Positions 24,101 to 37,066 of a DNA stretch of 64,000 nt are shown in pieces. The notes under the pieces were generated by a model. It saw only the letters and a program-made list of their open reading frames with translations. It searched no databases and was not told the origin of the DNA. The DNA is taken from the NCBI GenBank assembly GCA_907165135.1, contig OU015566.1:8742001-8806000 (forward strand), written 5' to 3'. Source of the stretch: Oikopleura dioica. Taxonomy: Eukaryota; Animalia; Chordata. The first letter of the stretch is position 1. Each line of letters begins with the position of its first letter. The position numbers and the translations under genes were made by a program.

Positions 24101-26135
24101 ATGTCCCGAGACAAGAATTTCTCCAATCTTGGGCCGAGCTTCTACCTCTCTTCACAGAAAAATTGGGCGAAAAGATGAGTTCTGAGCAGATGGAGAGTGT
24201 TTGCGAGATGCTAGTCAGAATAATCTCCGTTCCTGTTTTATCAGACGCATTGCCTTTTCTCTTCACTGGCTGCGGCGACGATGCGAATTTAACCAATTTG
24301 CAGAAGATTATCTTATCGAACATTATCAGCTTACAAAAACTAGCTGTTTACAAGGTAAATTAAATAAACAATCATCTGTGTATGATTAGCTGGTTTTCCT
24401 AGAACTAAAGTTTTCCTACAAGGCTCTCAAGCATTCTCCATTTTCGAGGCTAACTTAGGTCGCTGACCAAGCATCAATGCCAATAAAAATTGCGCAAAGA
24501 TGGGAGTTATCGTTCTTTGATCCATCTTTACTTGTCAATTTTACTTAAATGACTTGCTCTCTTCTAAACATGTCATTTTCTCAGACGATCAACAATGTTT
24601 ATCCTCAAATCTTTGGCTTGCTAAGCGCGATGTTGACCTTGTGCTACGAAATTCCATCATTTGATCCGATGAATGCGAGGCTAGAAGCAGAAGGAAAACG
24701 CAATCGATGGCTTTTCGCGAATCCTGAGAAACTAGGCAATCATCTGATGAAGAGCGCGAGCGATCTTTACCAAAAGGTCGCTTGTGACCGCAGTGTCATC
24801 AAGAATTCTATTTTGGCCAAGTTAATCAAGACGCTGCTTCCTTTTTGGGACATGAAGGTAAATCTTCGCCTCCTTGTATTCTTTCACGCTGAACAACAAT
24901 TGTTTGATCCCTGTCAGCTTTTCCGTTTGATGAAAATGACGCAAATTTAGCGTCAATGAAATTTCTTCGAGAAACTAGAGTTAAATCCTTATAAAAACAT
25001 GCCATTGGAACATCTTGAACTCTTTTGACAGGCGGCAAACATCCCAGGGGTAAAACAAGAACTTTTTTTTTGACTTTTATCTGCTTGAAAAGAAATTTTT
25101 TTTACACAGATTTAGGAGAAATCATCCCTTTGGACCGTCGCGCACAAAGTATTCATATCCATCCTGTCTACCGGTCTTCCTGTTGTCAGACAATTCGCAG
25201 CCAGTATCACAGATGAAGATGTACTCTGGAGGACGGTGGTTCATTCATTCCAAAGTTTTTTGATCGAGGTACATTCATCTACAAATAAGTCTAGCCATAC
25301 TTCCTAGCAGACCCACGGAGTTTTTCCGAAGTAAAAGTATGACTCATACTGTATAAGCACTGATCTAGCCGTCTTCTGAGACTCAAACTTATCATTCGTA
25401 AACTTATATTTGTCTAGACTTTTTCTCAAAAGTTAGCATAGCACGGATATGACATTTAAGTTTTAAGAACGTCTGGGAAAATGAACATGCTGCTCTCCAT
25501 CTCGAACTTTCATGCAAAACGGCGCTTCTGATCAAGTCAGAAATTCTTGTTTACAGAGCGAGCTACTCGAAGGAATTTATTGACAACGTGACTTTAGTTC
25601 TTGAAAAAGGACAGCAGCAACAAGAGAGAGATGATTTCAGTAAACTTTGTTTTGAAATGGCGTCTGGAATCAGGTAAATACAGTACTTGTACTAGGAGAG
25701 CATGAAAAGTAACTGTTTATCAAAAGCAACGAGTCAAAAGTTGATGAAAATTCTTACGAAGACATCATCAAACTAGTAGAGAATATTCGTCTGGGAAGAG
25801 CGGAAGAGAATCAACAGTTGGCAGTTATTTCAAGGTGTACGTCGCTCATTCGCAAGATCAGGGAGGAGTCAGACGAACACATGCTGACGGAACTGGCATT
25901 CTTCCTACAAGCATGTCGAGGCAAGGCGATCTCAGTATGACTAACTACTAAATTGCCTTTTTCAGCTATTCTTCAAAACATCGTCAAAGACAAGAGGGGT
26001 TCTTCCCAGATGACGATGAAATTGTACGAGTTGTATCCGGTGCTCTGCAATCTAATCCAAAAATGTCCACAACAACTCCTCGAGCCACTCAGTCACGCCT
26101 TGCTTGCCTACCAGCCTTTCCTCTCAAGCGAATAA
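18197..26135 (+). CDS. MON2: Protein MON2 homolog (Sec7/ArfGEF-like endosomal scaffold)
   Basis: N-terminus IQSDLRQLS..KRFGPIKEAAESAI..LQPFLMGCDTK; internal REPSLFAVA..NLNRLEVIWRLVTGHLLE, LNISLTAIGLLW, SRDTAEKQWAET all match MON2. Interrupted by a MITE at 21312-22431. Confidence 0.93.
20990..21097 (+). other. Non-canonical GA-AG intron in MON2
   Basis: Removal restores conserved EPSLF-AVA; no GT is available before the in-frame stop. Confidence 0.85.
21312..22431. mobile_element. Non-autonomous hAT-type DNA transposon (MITE), 1120 bp
   Basis: Perfect 34-bp TIRs CAGGGATCCGAGATTTTGTCGTCTGGACGATCGC (21312-21345 and 22398-22431); 8-bp TSD CTCGCAGC (21304-21311 and 22432-22439); no transposase ORF. 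Confidence 0.93.
23870..23974 (+). other. Non-canonical GA-AG intron in MON2
   Basis: In-frame stops on both sides force a phase-1 junction CCAG|GAATGC...AAAG|AT; using the upstream GT would delete a conserved MON2 helix. Confidence 0.75.
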
Positions 26136-26343
26136 CTATATTTTTAAAGATGATCAAACTTTCTAGTGCAATTTTAAACTATTCCATTTATAACTCGCCC
26201 TTTCTCTGGCCAGTTAATTCAGTTCAGCTTTTATATACATTTTAAGTTCCAATTTATATTCTATTCTCGTGTCCTGAAAACTAAAAAGAGTGCAATAACT
26301 ATTCAAAAGACTTTTATTGAAAGAAAAAATTCAGGAAATCGAA

Positions 26344-27679
26344 ATGAATGATTTTGCGAATGAGTTTCCAAACATCGACAAGACGGATTTGAACAAAGTA
26401 TGGGGAATCCTGTCGAATTTACAAAACAACAACCCTCAAAAATACAAAAAGTTCATGGGTAAACTCTGCTCACCAATTTATTATTTATCAAAAACTATTT
26501 TAGACCATATTCAAGCGTCTCAGAAAAAGATGATCGAGCTGGAGAAAATTCGACCAATACCAAAAGTCGTCTATCAAATTGACGCCGCCAACATTGATAA
26601 ATTCAAATGGCATGTGAACATTCTTGCTTGGGAGAGAATGCAGTACCCTAAAGCGGACGGCCCGTTGTCTCTGATGGCAGGAGCGAAGCTCGTAAAGCTC
26701 AACAAAACCGAAATAGCATCTTGCATCGCCATCAATCCAAAAGTTTTTGAAGAAATTTCTGATTGCCCGGAAATGGAAAAAGAGTTCAAGCAGCTCGTTG
26801 CAAAATTTGTAGCTGATAATTACAAAGAATACCGATTCTTTCCAAATACGATCAAGACATTCAAAATGAAGGACGACTCCTCTGAGCAATTCTTTGGCCC
26901 CAAACCAACCAACTTGATCGACTGCTTCAGAAAAACGACAGGAAAAGCCGATCAAGATCTTCTTTCGATAATCAAAGAGGATCCGAAAGAAGATGCTCCG
27001 GAGCCAGAGAAAAATAGCGGCCCCAAAGATATGATAGAAGCCCTGACTTATGAAATGAAGGAAGCAAAAATAATAGCTTCAAAAGAAGAAGAGAAGAGCC
27101 AACCAAAAGAAGAACCTAAAAAAGAGCCAGAAGAGAAGACCAAGAAATTGCGACCACAGACTCCAAAGGCCCGAAGAAAACCAATTATCGAAGAGATTCC
27201 AGAAAAAGTTGAACCAAAAATTCTAACACCTGAGTAAGTAAGCTCTTTTTTATCCAATCTTGATAGCATTTCTTAGACACAAAACCGATGATAAACACGC
27301 TGATTATTGGAAAGTTCAAATTGCTCTTCCGGGAGTCAATAACCCCGCTGAAATCAACTCTGCTTGTTCTGCATCCGAATTAAGAATAGAAGTTTCTGGA
27401 AAGTATATGCTTTCTATTCCCTTACCAAGAGGCCTGAAAGATGAAACTGCAAAGGTTTGTTTTTGTTTAACTCAGCATTCTATTTATCTTCAAATCGAAC
27501 AGGCTCGTTTTTCGAACAAGAAGGAAACGCTGACGATGAAAATTATGCGCGAGCAATCCAAAACGCAAACGACCGTCCCAGCTGCGGAGGAATTCGTCGA
27601 TAAGAACTTCATGGAAAATATTCGAAAAGCAATGAGCCCCAACTCGCCAAGCGCACGCGGAACTGCTCAAGTTCAATGA
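26344..27679 (+). CDS. PIH1D2: PIH1 domain-containing protein 2-like, with C-terminal CS domain
   Basis: KVWGILSNLQNNNPQKYKKFM, HVNILAWERM, IAINPKVF, and CS-like WKVQIALPGVNN...LSIPLP...ARFSNKKETLTM. Confidence 0.75.
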
Positions 27680-27848
27680 GAACCATCCTCAATCCTCTAT
27701 TTTCGTTAATTCTATATATTCTTTTAAGACTTGCTGTACGACTACTATTACTATTGTAAAGGTTTATTTTTTCTACCAATGAATTGTATTTTTATAATTG
27801 ATCTGTCCATTGCTAACTTGTGCTGAAGTAAAAGAGAAAAGAAAGAAA

Positions 27849-29181
27849 ATGTCTTTGTGGTGTGATCGATATCGACCAAAATCTTTCAAAGAGTTGGATT
27901 ACAATGTAAAGCAGGCGGATCAGTTGCAAAGAATGGTCAAAGAGGGCGATTTCCCGCACCTCCTGGTTTGGGGAACGAACGGAGCTGGAAAGGTAAATAG
28001 CTGGTTTGAATCATTATTGAGCTTTTGGATGGTAGAAAACGCGGATAAATTGCATCCTTCGGGAGTTATACGGATCTGGCGTTGACAAATTGCGTCTTGA
28101 GCGGCATGAGTACACCACTCCGTCAAACAAGAAAGTAGAGATTCATGCTTGTGCAAGGTCAGTTAGAGAAAATCCTTCCTATACAACAAGTTTCTAAGCA
28201 ATTATCACATCGAGATTTGCCCTGCCGACGCTGGAGTACATGATCGAATCGTCATTCAAGAGCTAGTCAAAACGATCGCCGGCGGTCAAACTCTGAACGC
28301 AGATAAGCAGAAGCAATTCAAAGTAAAGAGAGTACTAAAGTGAAGTTTGTTAAAAAAGGTGTGTTCAGGTAATTGTTATCACCGAAGCGAATCGCCTTAC
28401 AAAGGACGCTCAACATGGACTCCGTCGAACGATGGAAAAATACATGTCAACATGTAGGATGATTCTTTTGTCCGAGTCCACATCAAAGCTGATCCCTGCT
28501 TTGCGCTCAAGATGTCTTGGAATACGAGTACAAGGTTTTTCAGGAAGATTTTTAATTCATCCTTCGTCAATCATTTTTCAGCGCCATCGAATGAGGAAGT
28601 GAAGCAATGCCTGATTCAAGCATGTGAAAACGAGCGTTTTGAGATGTCTAATGATCAGTTAGATCGAATCGTCAAATGTAAATCGTCAGTTTCAGTCAGC
28701 TTCTTTAATTTGTTTAGTGGCTGATAGAAACTTACGAAAGGCACTTCTTCTCGGTGAGGTTTGCAAAGTGAAAGGAATCACAAACGGCAACCCGCCCCCT
28801 TATGACTGGGAAGAGTTCTTGGAGAAGACGGGGAAAATGATCCTCGCGAACCAGTCCCCTTCGCAGATTCTAGCCGTTCGGACAAATCTTTATGAACTGA
28901 TTGTTCGACTCATCCCCGCGCACATTATCTTCCAAGTAGACAGCTTATCTCCTTTCGTAACCCCTAAAAATCCTCAGAAACTTTTCCTGCAGCTTCAAAG
29001 ATCCTGCCCAGATATTCAAATGAAGACCAAGCTCGCGAAGGCCGCTGCAGAATTCGAGCACCGCTGCAATCTTGGGTCCAAGCCCATTTATCATCTTGAA
29101 GCCTTCGTTGCTCGATTCATGGCCGACTACAAGTCGTTCATGGATGAGTTCATCGACGACATGGATGAGGACGAATTTTAA
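27849..29181 (+). CDS. RFC3: Replication factor C subunit 3
   Basis: MSLWCDRYRP, Walker A HLLVWGTNGAGK, SNYHIEICPADAG, C-terminus EHRCNLGSKPIYHLEAFVARFM. Confidence 0.95.
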
Positions 29182-29339
29182 AGTTTCAATTTTATTGAAA
29201 ATTTTTCATGTTAGGAAAAATACATTTAGCACGATTTTACACCTCACTGCCTCTTACACACAATAAAATACAAAATTTCTTATTCTCCTGATTGCGAAGA
29301 ATAAGGCTTATTCATAAATGATGATTAATAAATTTCAGT

Positions 29340-30053
29340 ATGATTATGCTTGTTCGGCAATTGAGAATCGCGCCATGTTTCCTTCGAAGTAATGTTCAAC
29401 CTAGATTATCCTCAAGCTTGCGTACTTTTTCCACTACCTCGCGAAAGTCCAATGAGTCCCAAACGAGTGAAAGCGCCAGTTTGCCGCCTCCTGTTGCAGA
29501 GAAATCTTCCTTCGACCAGTTTGTTGATGAAATTTTATATTTTGGAAAGCGTTTCGCCCTTCTTGCCGCGGCTATTTATGCGTTCAAATATTTCTTTATT
29601 ACGCCGATTATTGGACGATCAATGTCTCCACAATTCAACCCTGGGATCGCTGATTTCGGCGACTCTGTTTTATTTCTGCCTCGTTTGCCCTGGGCCAAAG
29701 CCGACCCTCTCGTGCGCGGAAAAATCTATCTGTTCGAAGATCCTGGAAAGAAAGCTGAAAATCTCATCGAAGGAGAGTCTAATCATGTGATCAAGAGATG
29801 CATCGCCGTCGAGGGAGATAAAGTTATGATCCAGAATGACAAAACTAAAGAGATAGAGTACGTCGAAGTTCCCAAAGGTCATTGTTGGCTGGAATCGGAT
29901 AATTATACGTATAACGCTGGTCAATATCCCGACTCTCTCAAATATGGGCCGATTTCAAACGAGCTTGTGTATGGTAGAGTTGCACTAGCTATTCGTAGAC
30001 TGAATATCTTTCCGGTAATCACCAAGAAATCACTGAGAAATGAGTATTTTTAA
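29340..30053 (+). CDS. Mitochondrial inner-membrane peptidase subunit (IMMP1L/IMMP2L family, peptidase S26)
   Basis: GRSMSP catalytic Ser, VIKRCIAVEGD catalytic Lys, VPKGHCWLESDN, DSLKYGPI; N-terminal mitochondrial-type presequence; single exon. Confidence 0.88.
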   Translation: MIMLVRQLRIAPCFLRSNVQPRLSSSLRTFSTTSRKSNESQTSESASLPPPVAEKSSFDQFVDEILYFGKRFALLAAAIYAFKYFFITPIIGRSMSPQFNPGIADFGDSVLFLPRLPWAKADPLVRGKIYLFEDPGKKAENLIEGESNHVIKRCIAVEGDKVMIQNDKTKEIEYVEVPKGHCWLESDNYTYNAGQYPDSLKYGPISNELVYGRVALAIRRLNIFPVITKKSLRNEYF

Positions 30054-30217
30054 GACTTTCTATCCACATCCTCAAAACTATGAACTCATCGACGTTTATG
30101 ATGCGTTACCTCATCAGCGAATAGTCATCAGTCCCAATACACGAAACGAAGATTTTATGGGTAATAAATTCATCAAAAGCATTTTGATACTGACTCTAAA
30201 ATCAAGCTATCGATAAA

Positions 30218-30567
30218 ATGAAAAACCTGCCAAACAAAGAAGATATGACAGAGCTGCCAAAAGGCCCCGCTGATCTTGCGATGGAGGGAAAGACTGTTGA
30301 AGAAAAACAAGGATGGACGTATAATTACGGGTTTAAATTATTTACGCGCGGTAATAAACGCCTTCGGCGGTGACCGAATGGAATTGAAATTCAATTTTTC
30401 TTCACGAAAATTAGTTTTCAACCCTTTTCAGTCATAATTTTGAAGTCTCCAGTGACCGAAAATTTATCGACGATTTGAGAAAGAAAAACGAGCAAGCTGT
30501 TGAGGACGAGTTGAGGAGATTACGCGCTCCAGGCACTTCAATTACAGAGACGAAGAAAGAAACCTAG
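30218..30567 (+). CDS. Small uncharacterised gene
   Basis: Terminal exon RKFIDDLRKKNEQAVEDELRRLR...*; upstream frame ambiguous. Confidence 0.3.
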
Positions 30568-31452
30568 CTTCATTCAATTGTCCTTTTTAAAAATCTTATA
30601 ATAAAAACTCTTCATGGATGGGTGCTCTGACAGGTCGTATTTTCTTTAGAATGGAAATGAGTAGAGAATAGAATAAGCTACGTCCAGAAAAATGAGAGAG
30701 AGGGGACACAAAAATTTATAAAATACAATGGGATGCAGTTTTCTTGAAGATTTTGTGCTCGTGCTTCTCTTTATTTCAATATGGTACTTTCTGATAGGGT
30801 TCAATTTTCATACATTTTATGTTTTACAGTGGCGTTTGAAAAAAAGCCTCAAAAATTGAACCCTTTGAACATTTTTATTTGGTATTTTCTTGATGCTTTC
30901 AACTCGCCAAATATCCTCTTTCCAACAACTCCCGATCCGGCTTTTCTTATCCAGATGTACGAGTCTGTCTGTTCTCTTTTGCATTCAGCGCCGAAATGGG
31001 ACAATTTAATTCTATTTATATTGGTTTTCAAACGCTTTCGTTATTTATTCTTGAAATTTTTACTCCTTTGCTTTATTAACTTTGCCACATTCTTCATGCT
31101 TTTTATCGTTTTTAACCTCGATATTGTACAAGACTATTACTCTTCCTTAATAACTTCTGCTTTTTCTGTTCCTTTTAGTACAGAAATCATACAATTCTCC
31201 GCTTATATCCAATCCGCTGTTGAGTCTACCCCAATTCCGACAATTTTAAATGAGCTTCCTTCCATTGACAGTATTCAAAACTCCGTAGAAAATATTACCT
31301 GCTCTTTGAACTTCTCTAGCGACCTTACACTTTTTATCAAAAATTCTCTGTACTTTATTTCTGATGCCTGTAAACAACTTGCTGATAGTCTTTGATTATT
31401 ATTATTCTGAAAAGATCGACGTTCAATTTTTTATTCAGATTTCGGATTCAAA

Positions 31453-33473
31453 ATGTTCAAAAAAGTGAGGAATCCGTTTCGTGAAAGGAGAAATGGTAAG
31501 CTACATCATTCCGGATGAAATTTAAACCAGCCTATAGAAAGCTCTTCCTCGAGTGGATTCTTCACAAAGTCATCTTTCAACGAGCTCACGAGTAATATGG
31601 ACTCGATAATGAAAGCTTGTGGTAAAGTAAGAATACAAGCCAACTTCCTTATTTAAACATTCATCCCAAGATCCCAAATTTGAACAACTCGCCTCCTTAC
31701 ATCCTCAGTATTCTTCCGGATATCCACACGATTCTCCACAAAATTGTAACAGAGCATGATCGAGACTTTCATGCGCTGGCAGATAATGATTACTTCCAAG
31801 TATCTGCATTCAATCTCGCCGAAAAATGTCGTGAGCTAAAGGTACATCTTCGGTTCTCTCTCTTTGTACGTTGGCGTACTCATCGTTGATTTCAGTTTTC
31901 AGAGAATCCTCAAAAACGACCCCTCTTCACATCACATTCTAAAAAGTTCAGTCCGACGAGAACTGTCAAAGTATTCCCTCGTCTTCAGCCATATTCTTCA
32001 TGAGCTAAACGCCTTCTTTTCAAATGGGACATTCACAGGGGGCCGCTTCAAAATAACCAAATCAGAGGCGAAGGCCTTTTGGGAGCAAAATTTCGGTGCA
32101 CAGGCGATCATCAACTGGCAGGTTTTCAAACGCGAACTTACGAAAGTCCACCAAATCGACAACAGTATAGATCTGGAGCGCGCTTTGCAAGAAACAATTC
32201 AGCTGACAAAAAGCCAATATGTTAGCAAATTCGAATTCGATGTTTTTACAAGGTGCCGATAGCTTTTTTTAACAACCTTGTAACAACACTATTTTCAGGC
32301 TATTTCAGCCCTGGCCGCAGCTTCTTGTTAACTGGAAGGTACTCGCTGTCACACACCCTGGCTACTCAGCCTTCATTACCTACGAAGAACTTCACGAAGA
32401 GCTTCAGCCGCATAGTGTGGGCTGGATAGATTCTTCGTATAAATTAACAATCGAGCATTTTCTCATGCAACATTCTTGAGCCCGAGAAAAGAGACAGCGT
32501 CGGTGCTTACGCATTTCGCTTATCAAACACGAAACTAGGTCAATGGGCGATAGGCTACGTCAACCAATCCGGCGAAATCTTGCAAACGATTCCTGAGAAC
32601 AAATCCCTGATGAAAGTCCTAATAGACGGCGAACGAAATGGCTACTATACAAAGCCAAAGGGGCGCCCTGAAAACCCGGATTTGACGCGTTATCTTCACG
32701 AAACAAAGCCGGAAAATATCGAAGTGCCCGAAGAAAGCGTGCAGATTTATTTCGACATGGGAACGACGTTTAATTTGTGCAAAGTGTGCCTGGACAGGGA
32801 TAAGGACATCAGAATAGAGCCCTGCAATCATTTAGTTTGTGCTGATTGCGTGGCGAAATGGAAGGTCAAGGATAACAGTCCGACGCCGACATGCCCGTTC
32901 TGTAGATGTGACATTAGGGATACAACTCCGATTTGTCTCGATAATGATAAAAAGTGAGTTTAAGTTTATTCTTGCACAAAAGGATAGAAACACGTCATAC
33001 AAGTCTCGGAAAGAGATTTGGCTTCATTTTAAAAGCGTTTTTTCTCATTATTTATCATTTTGAAATAGCCTGGAAACCCATCCTACCGAAGTTCTTGTTC
33101 AAATTTTATACTTCGTGAAATTGATTAAAATCGATCTCTGTGCCTGATTTCCATACGTGACCTGATATTCAGCTCGAACAAACCACAAGAAACGAACCGA
33201 CCTCTGCCACCGATCCCTGTCGATCCTCCCTGCATTCCACCATCATCAGATCCAGACGACGATCTTTACATGAACGAGTTTGATGATGAACCGACTCCTC
33301 CACCAGTTGCTCCTTGTCCACCAGTTAGGAATTCACTGATGGGCGCCGAAAACCCTGCCTTTGAGTATCACCTACTCTCTCCAGAAACACAGAGATCCTC
33401 CTCGACCTCTAATCAAAACATTAATTCTGCCGGGATCGCTGCTCCGCCAATCCCTCCTCGAAAACTGAGCTGA
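31453..33473 (+). CDS. CBL: E3 ubiquitin ligase Cbl (TKB + RING + Pro-rich tail)
   Basis: [83 protein letters not shown]...CPFCR. Confidence 0.95.
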
Positions 33474-36400
33474 ACTCTCTCTGTCCGAACATCAATCACT
33501 CCATCAACTTACCTTGAACATATCTCCCATGAATACACCCTTATGTTTACAGATTCCCAAGTGCAAGAAATTTTCTTCAAAATATTTCTTAAATAATTGA
33601 CCTTAAATTCTCTTCCTTCTTTGTTCATATATTTAAATATATTTCTGTTCATCAATTTACAAAAATACAGATCAAATCAGAACTGCGGACTGACATTTTC
33701 TAGGTACTCTCTGTGAATTACTTTTGGCATTTGGCCACATATTTCGTTTGAAAAGAAATACCGAAAAGGTCTAGTTTTAACGACCGTCGATTCATTGTCA
33801 TATTTTTTCTTGGTTTCGATGATTCGATGAGAACGTTCTTATAAAAACTGACGACTTTACTCTATTATTCTAAAATAGAGAATTTTCAATTTAGATAATA
33901 AAAGAGATGCTACGATGGATGGGAATGGGTGGCTCGACACCTAAAAAGGAAATCAGTGAACAATTGCGCATCTTTTTTTGTCTTTTTCTATATTTTTAGC
34001 ATAAGCATTGTCCAACTAGCAAATCATCAAAATCTACCAGTAGCACTCTTTTATGCAGAATCTTCCATGTCTTCGAAAACACCAACTAACTAACGAATCA
34101 GTAAAACGAGTGCCAGTAAAATTTTTTGAGCCTCGATTCAACTCCAGAGGATTTAAATTCATAGTAAATTTGCACACTGAATATTATTTGTAATTATTTT
34201 CGAACATCATCATCGTCTTGTTTAGTTTTCTCACACGGCCGGTAAATGTGGAAACAAACTTTTTTTCTTCGACTTCTTTTTTCTCCTAAAAATATCAAAA
34301 AGAGACCTTCTTGAGAGAACAAGCCGGAACGAAAATTTCGACTATCAGCGTGAACCTTGAATGTAGTTAATAGTTCGTTTATAAATGGTTATTTCTAAAA
34401 AGCAAATAAATACTCGACTAGTTATGTCGGTCAAGTACTTGTGACCTGTCGCGCTGAAGAGGAAGCCTGCGATTTTTGATAATGAACGAAAAATTGATAA
34501 AAAAAAGAGCTTTTTGGTCATTTTGCCAAGAGATGTGGATCAAGAAGAGCTAAAAGAAATTTTTTACCAAAGCGCTTCGAATATTGAATTCAAGCAAAGT
34601 ATAATTTTCAATAAATAATTCATCAAAGGATCGAAAATAATAATCGAATACTGAATTTTTTGTAATTTTAACTCAGAACGAATCTCACTAGATTTGATAT
34701 CTCTGGCTAATTAGAGCTTTACCCTTGAACTCGGGCCGAAGAGACCCTTCGATTGAATCACGTTTTGGAGACAATCTAAGAGAGAATCATCGGGTCACAT
34801 AAACTTGTCTTTTATTTCCAGTGACTTCTGTTTTTCAGACTCTGTTTTTCGTGTTCCATATTTCAGAGTACAAATAAGGAAATTAAATTTAATTACTAAT
34901 CGTCAGTTCTTGTTCAGTCAATCAATCAATCACTTATTGTGAGCTTTTCTTTTTGGAAATCTACTGAATAGGGCATTTGGAAAACATGTGCTAGAATTAA
35001 CATTTCCGATCTTTTTTCAATAGGTATAATAAAAAGCTTTTTGACCTAGCGCCAAGCATTGATTCTGGTTTCGAAAAAGCTGCAGATCTGCTCAATTTCC
35101 TTGAGTGACTAACGCTGGATCAACATGGCTCTCAGAAAAAAGTGCGATGTTTTCCCTGATGCCTGCGAAAAAATTTATAATTCCGTTTTTATCAATCACG
35201 AAAATTTATTACCCTGCTGAGTTTTTATTAGTCCCCTGGGGTTGCCGGTCCATACTGCTCTTAGAAAATTTGCAATTTATAGAGAAAGTTTTAATCCGCG
35301 AAATTTTAAAAAGAAATTCGCTACTGAAGCTTTTGTTGCTCATTGATTCTATGATTTATGAAATTACATGCGATACTTGATCGGGCGTCAAAATTAATTG
35401 TTTGGCAAGAGCATTTTTTTCTGTAGTAAATTCGATTCCAGCACATTTTTGAAAAAATGGAAGAGTCGACTAGAATTAGCTCAGAAAAGCAGAAGCCTGA
35501 TAAAAGTCGTCGGCGATCAAGAAAATCGACAAAAAAGCGGCGAATTAGTGAAAAAAGCCGAGAACCTCGAAAAAGACATTATTTGAGAAAAAGTGCCCAT
35601 CGTCGAGAGACAAAGAAATTCAGAGTGGCTATTCAGGAATGTCCCAATTTGCTACAGAAAAAATGCTCTTGCCAAAAGTTGTAAGGTGTTAATTTTATGA
35701 TATACATTTTTACGTTTTATGAGATTCAATCGTTTTTGTAGTCGGCTTGACCTTTTCTCTCCCCGGAAATCGGTATCGGGCTCAGTTATAATTTTCTTGA
35801 CGCGTTTTCATTTCGGTCAGATAGATAAAGAGAAAGAGTTACTGATAAATTATCAGTAATAATCAAAATCGTCACGAAAAACAGAGATTTCTGAAATTGA
35901 AAGACAGTTTCGTGATTGTTTTGTCTGCATTCCTCACCTAGAATATATGAACTCGCAGCTTCTCATCATCCGTTCAGTCGAGAGCAAAAATCGAAAAGTT
36001 AATATTTTTAGATAGAATTGATCGTTATTTGGAATGGGAAGGAAACGCGACGCTGTAAGTTTCTGCCCAGATTTTTCATCCCTTTTTTCATGAGTTTCTT
36101 CTGTCTAATTTTCTAGACTTTTCGTGTTGTCTCATAATTACGATGAAGTAGAAATAGTTTTAAAATATCGTTGTTAATGTCTATCATCAAAAAGTTAATT
36201 GCAAAGGACGAAAAAAAGCGCCGAAAAGCCGAGAAAAAAGCTGGAGTAAATCTTAAAAATCAAGCTTTGGAAGTCCTTGTCTCATACTCTTGATAGACTT
36301 TAGAATTAGACAGAAGAAATCATACGGAATTAAATTAATCATCATTAATTGTTTCCATTTAGTTTGGGCGAAAGGTAAGCGCTAGGTGGTGTGCCTAATG

Positions 36401-37066
36401 TGCTTGTGTTTTTCTTTATCTCTCCATTTTCGAATAACCGTCTAATCGCTTTGAAATCAATTTTCACACGGCCGGTGCATCCTTCTCTCTTTGCTAGAGC
36501 CAGAGTGTACACTCTTAAAAGAAATATATTTGCTCACATATTTCCAAAAAGTTACAAATTTTAATCCGAGAGAGCTTAATCTTTTTTATGGCTGTATACT
36601 TCCAGGTGGGCCCCTAAATCCAAAGTGCTCGAGAAAAAGAACAAAAACTAAAGAGAATGGATGAAGCCCGAATCTTTGAAAATTCCCTTGTAAATCAAAC
36701 GCTAAAAAAGACGGCATTTATCCTCGCACTTACTTACAGTAAAGCCTTACAGTTACAGTAACGCAGAAGACATCATCATCATTTACCTTCATTTAGTCAT
36801 ATTTGAAGCGAACACCCTTTTCTAGATCCGATTGGATGATCTCTATTTAAATATTAAAGCCGTTCCTACTGGCTCGTTTTTAGTTGCAGAAATGAACCTT
36901 TCAGAGCAAAAAATTGAAAAAGTCCAAGAATAGTGTTTCGCTCCAAATAAGACAAAAAACATTCATCTAAACGCATGTTTCATTTACCAAACATTCCATT
37001 TATCAATCAAAACTCATTTCTCGGAGAAACGATCCGAAAGTACCATTTTTGCTCACTAGTACTTAG

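Noticed and set aside
30370-30460. 9-bp direct repeat GTGACCGAA at both ends of a short intron, as a possible TSD
   Set aside because: The upstream frame is ambiguous, and precise excision (82 nt) differs from the GT-AG splice (83 nt), so no consistent insertion model emerges.
30781-31395. 204-aa hydrophobic ORF upstream of CBL
   Set aside because: Lies wholly in a G-poor, T/C-rich tract where stop codons are scarce; no recognisable domain. More likely outron sequence, though not excluded.
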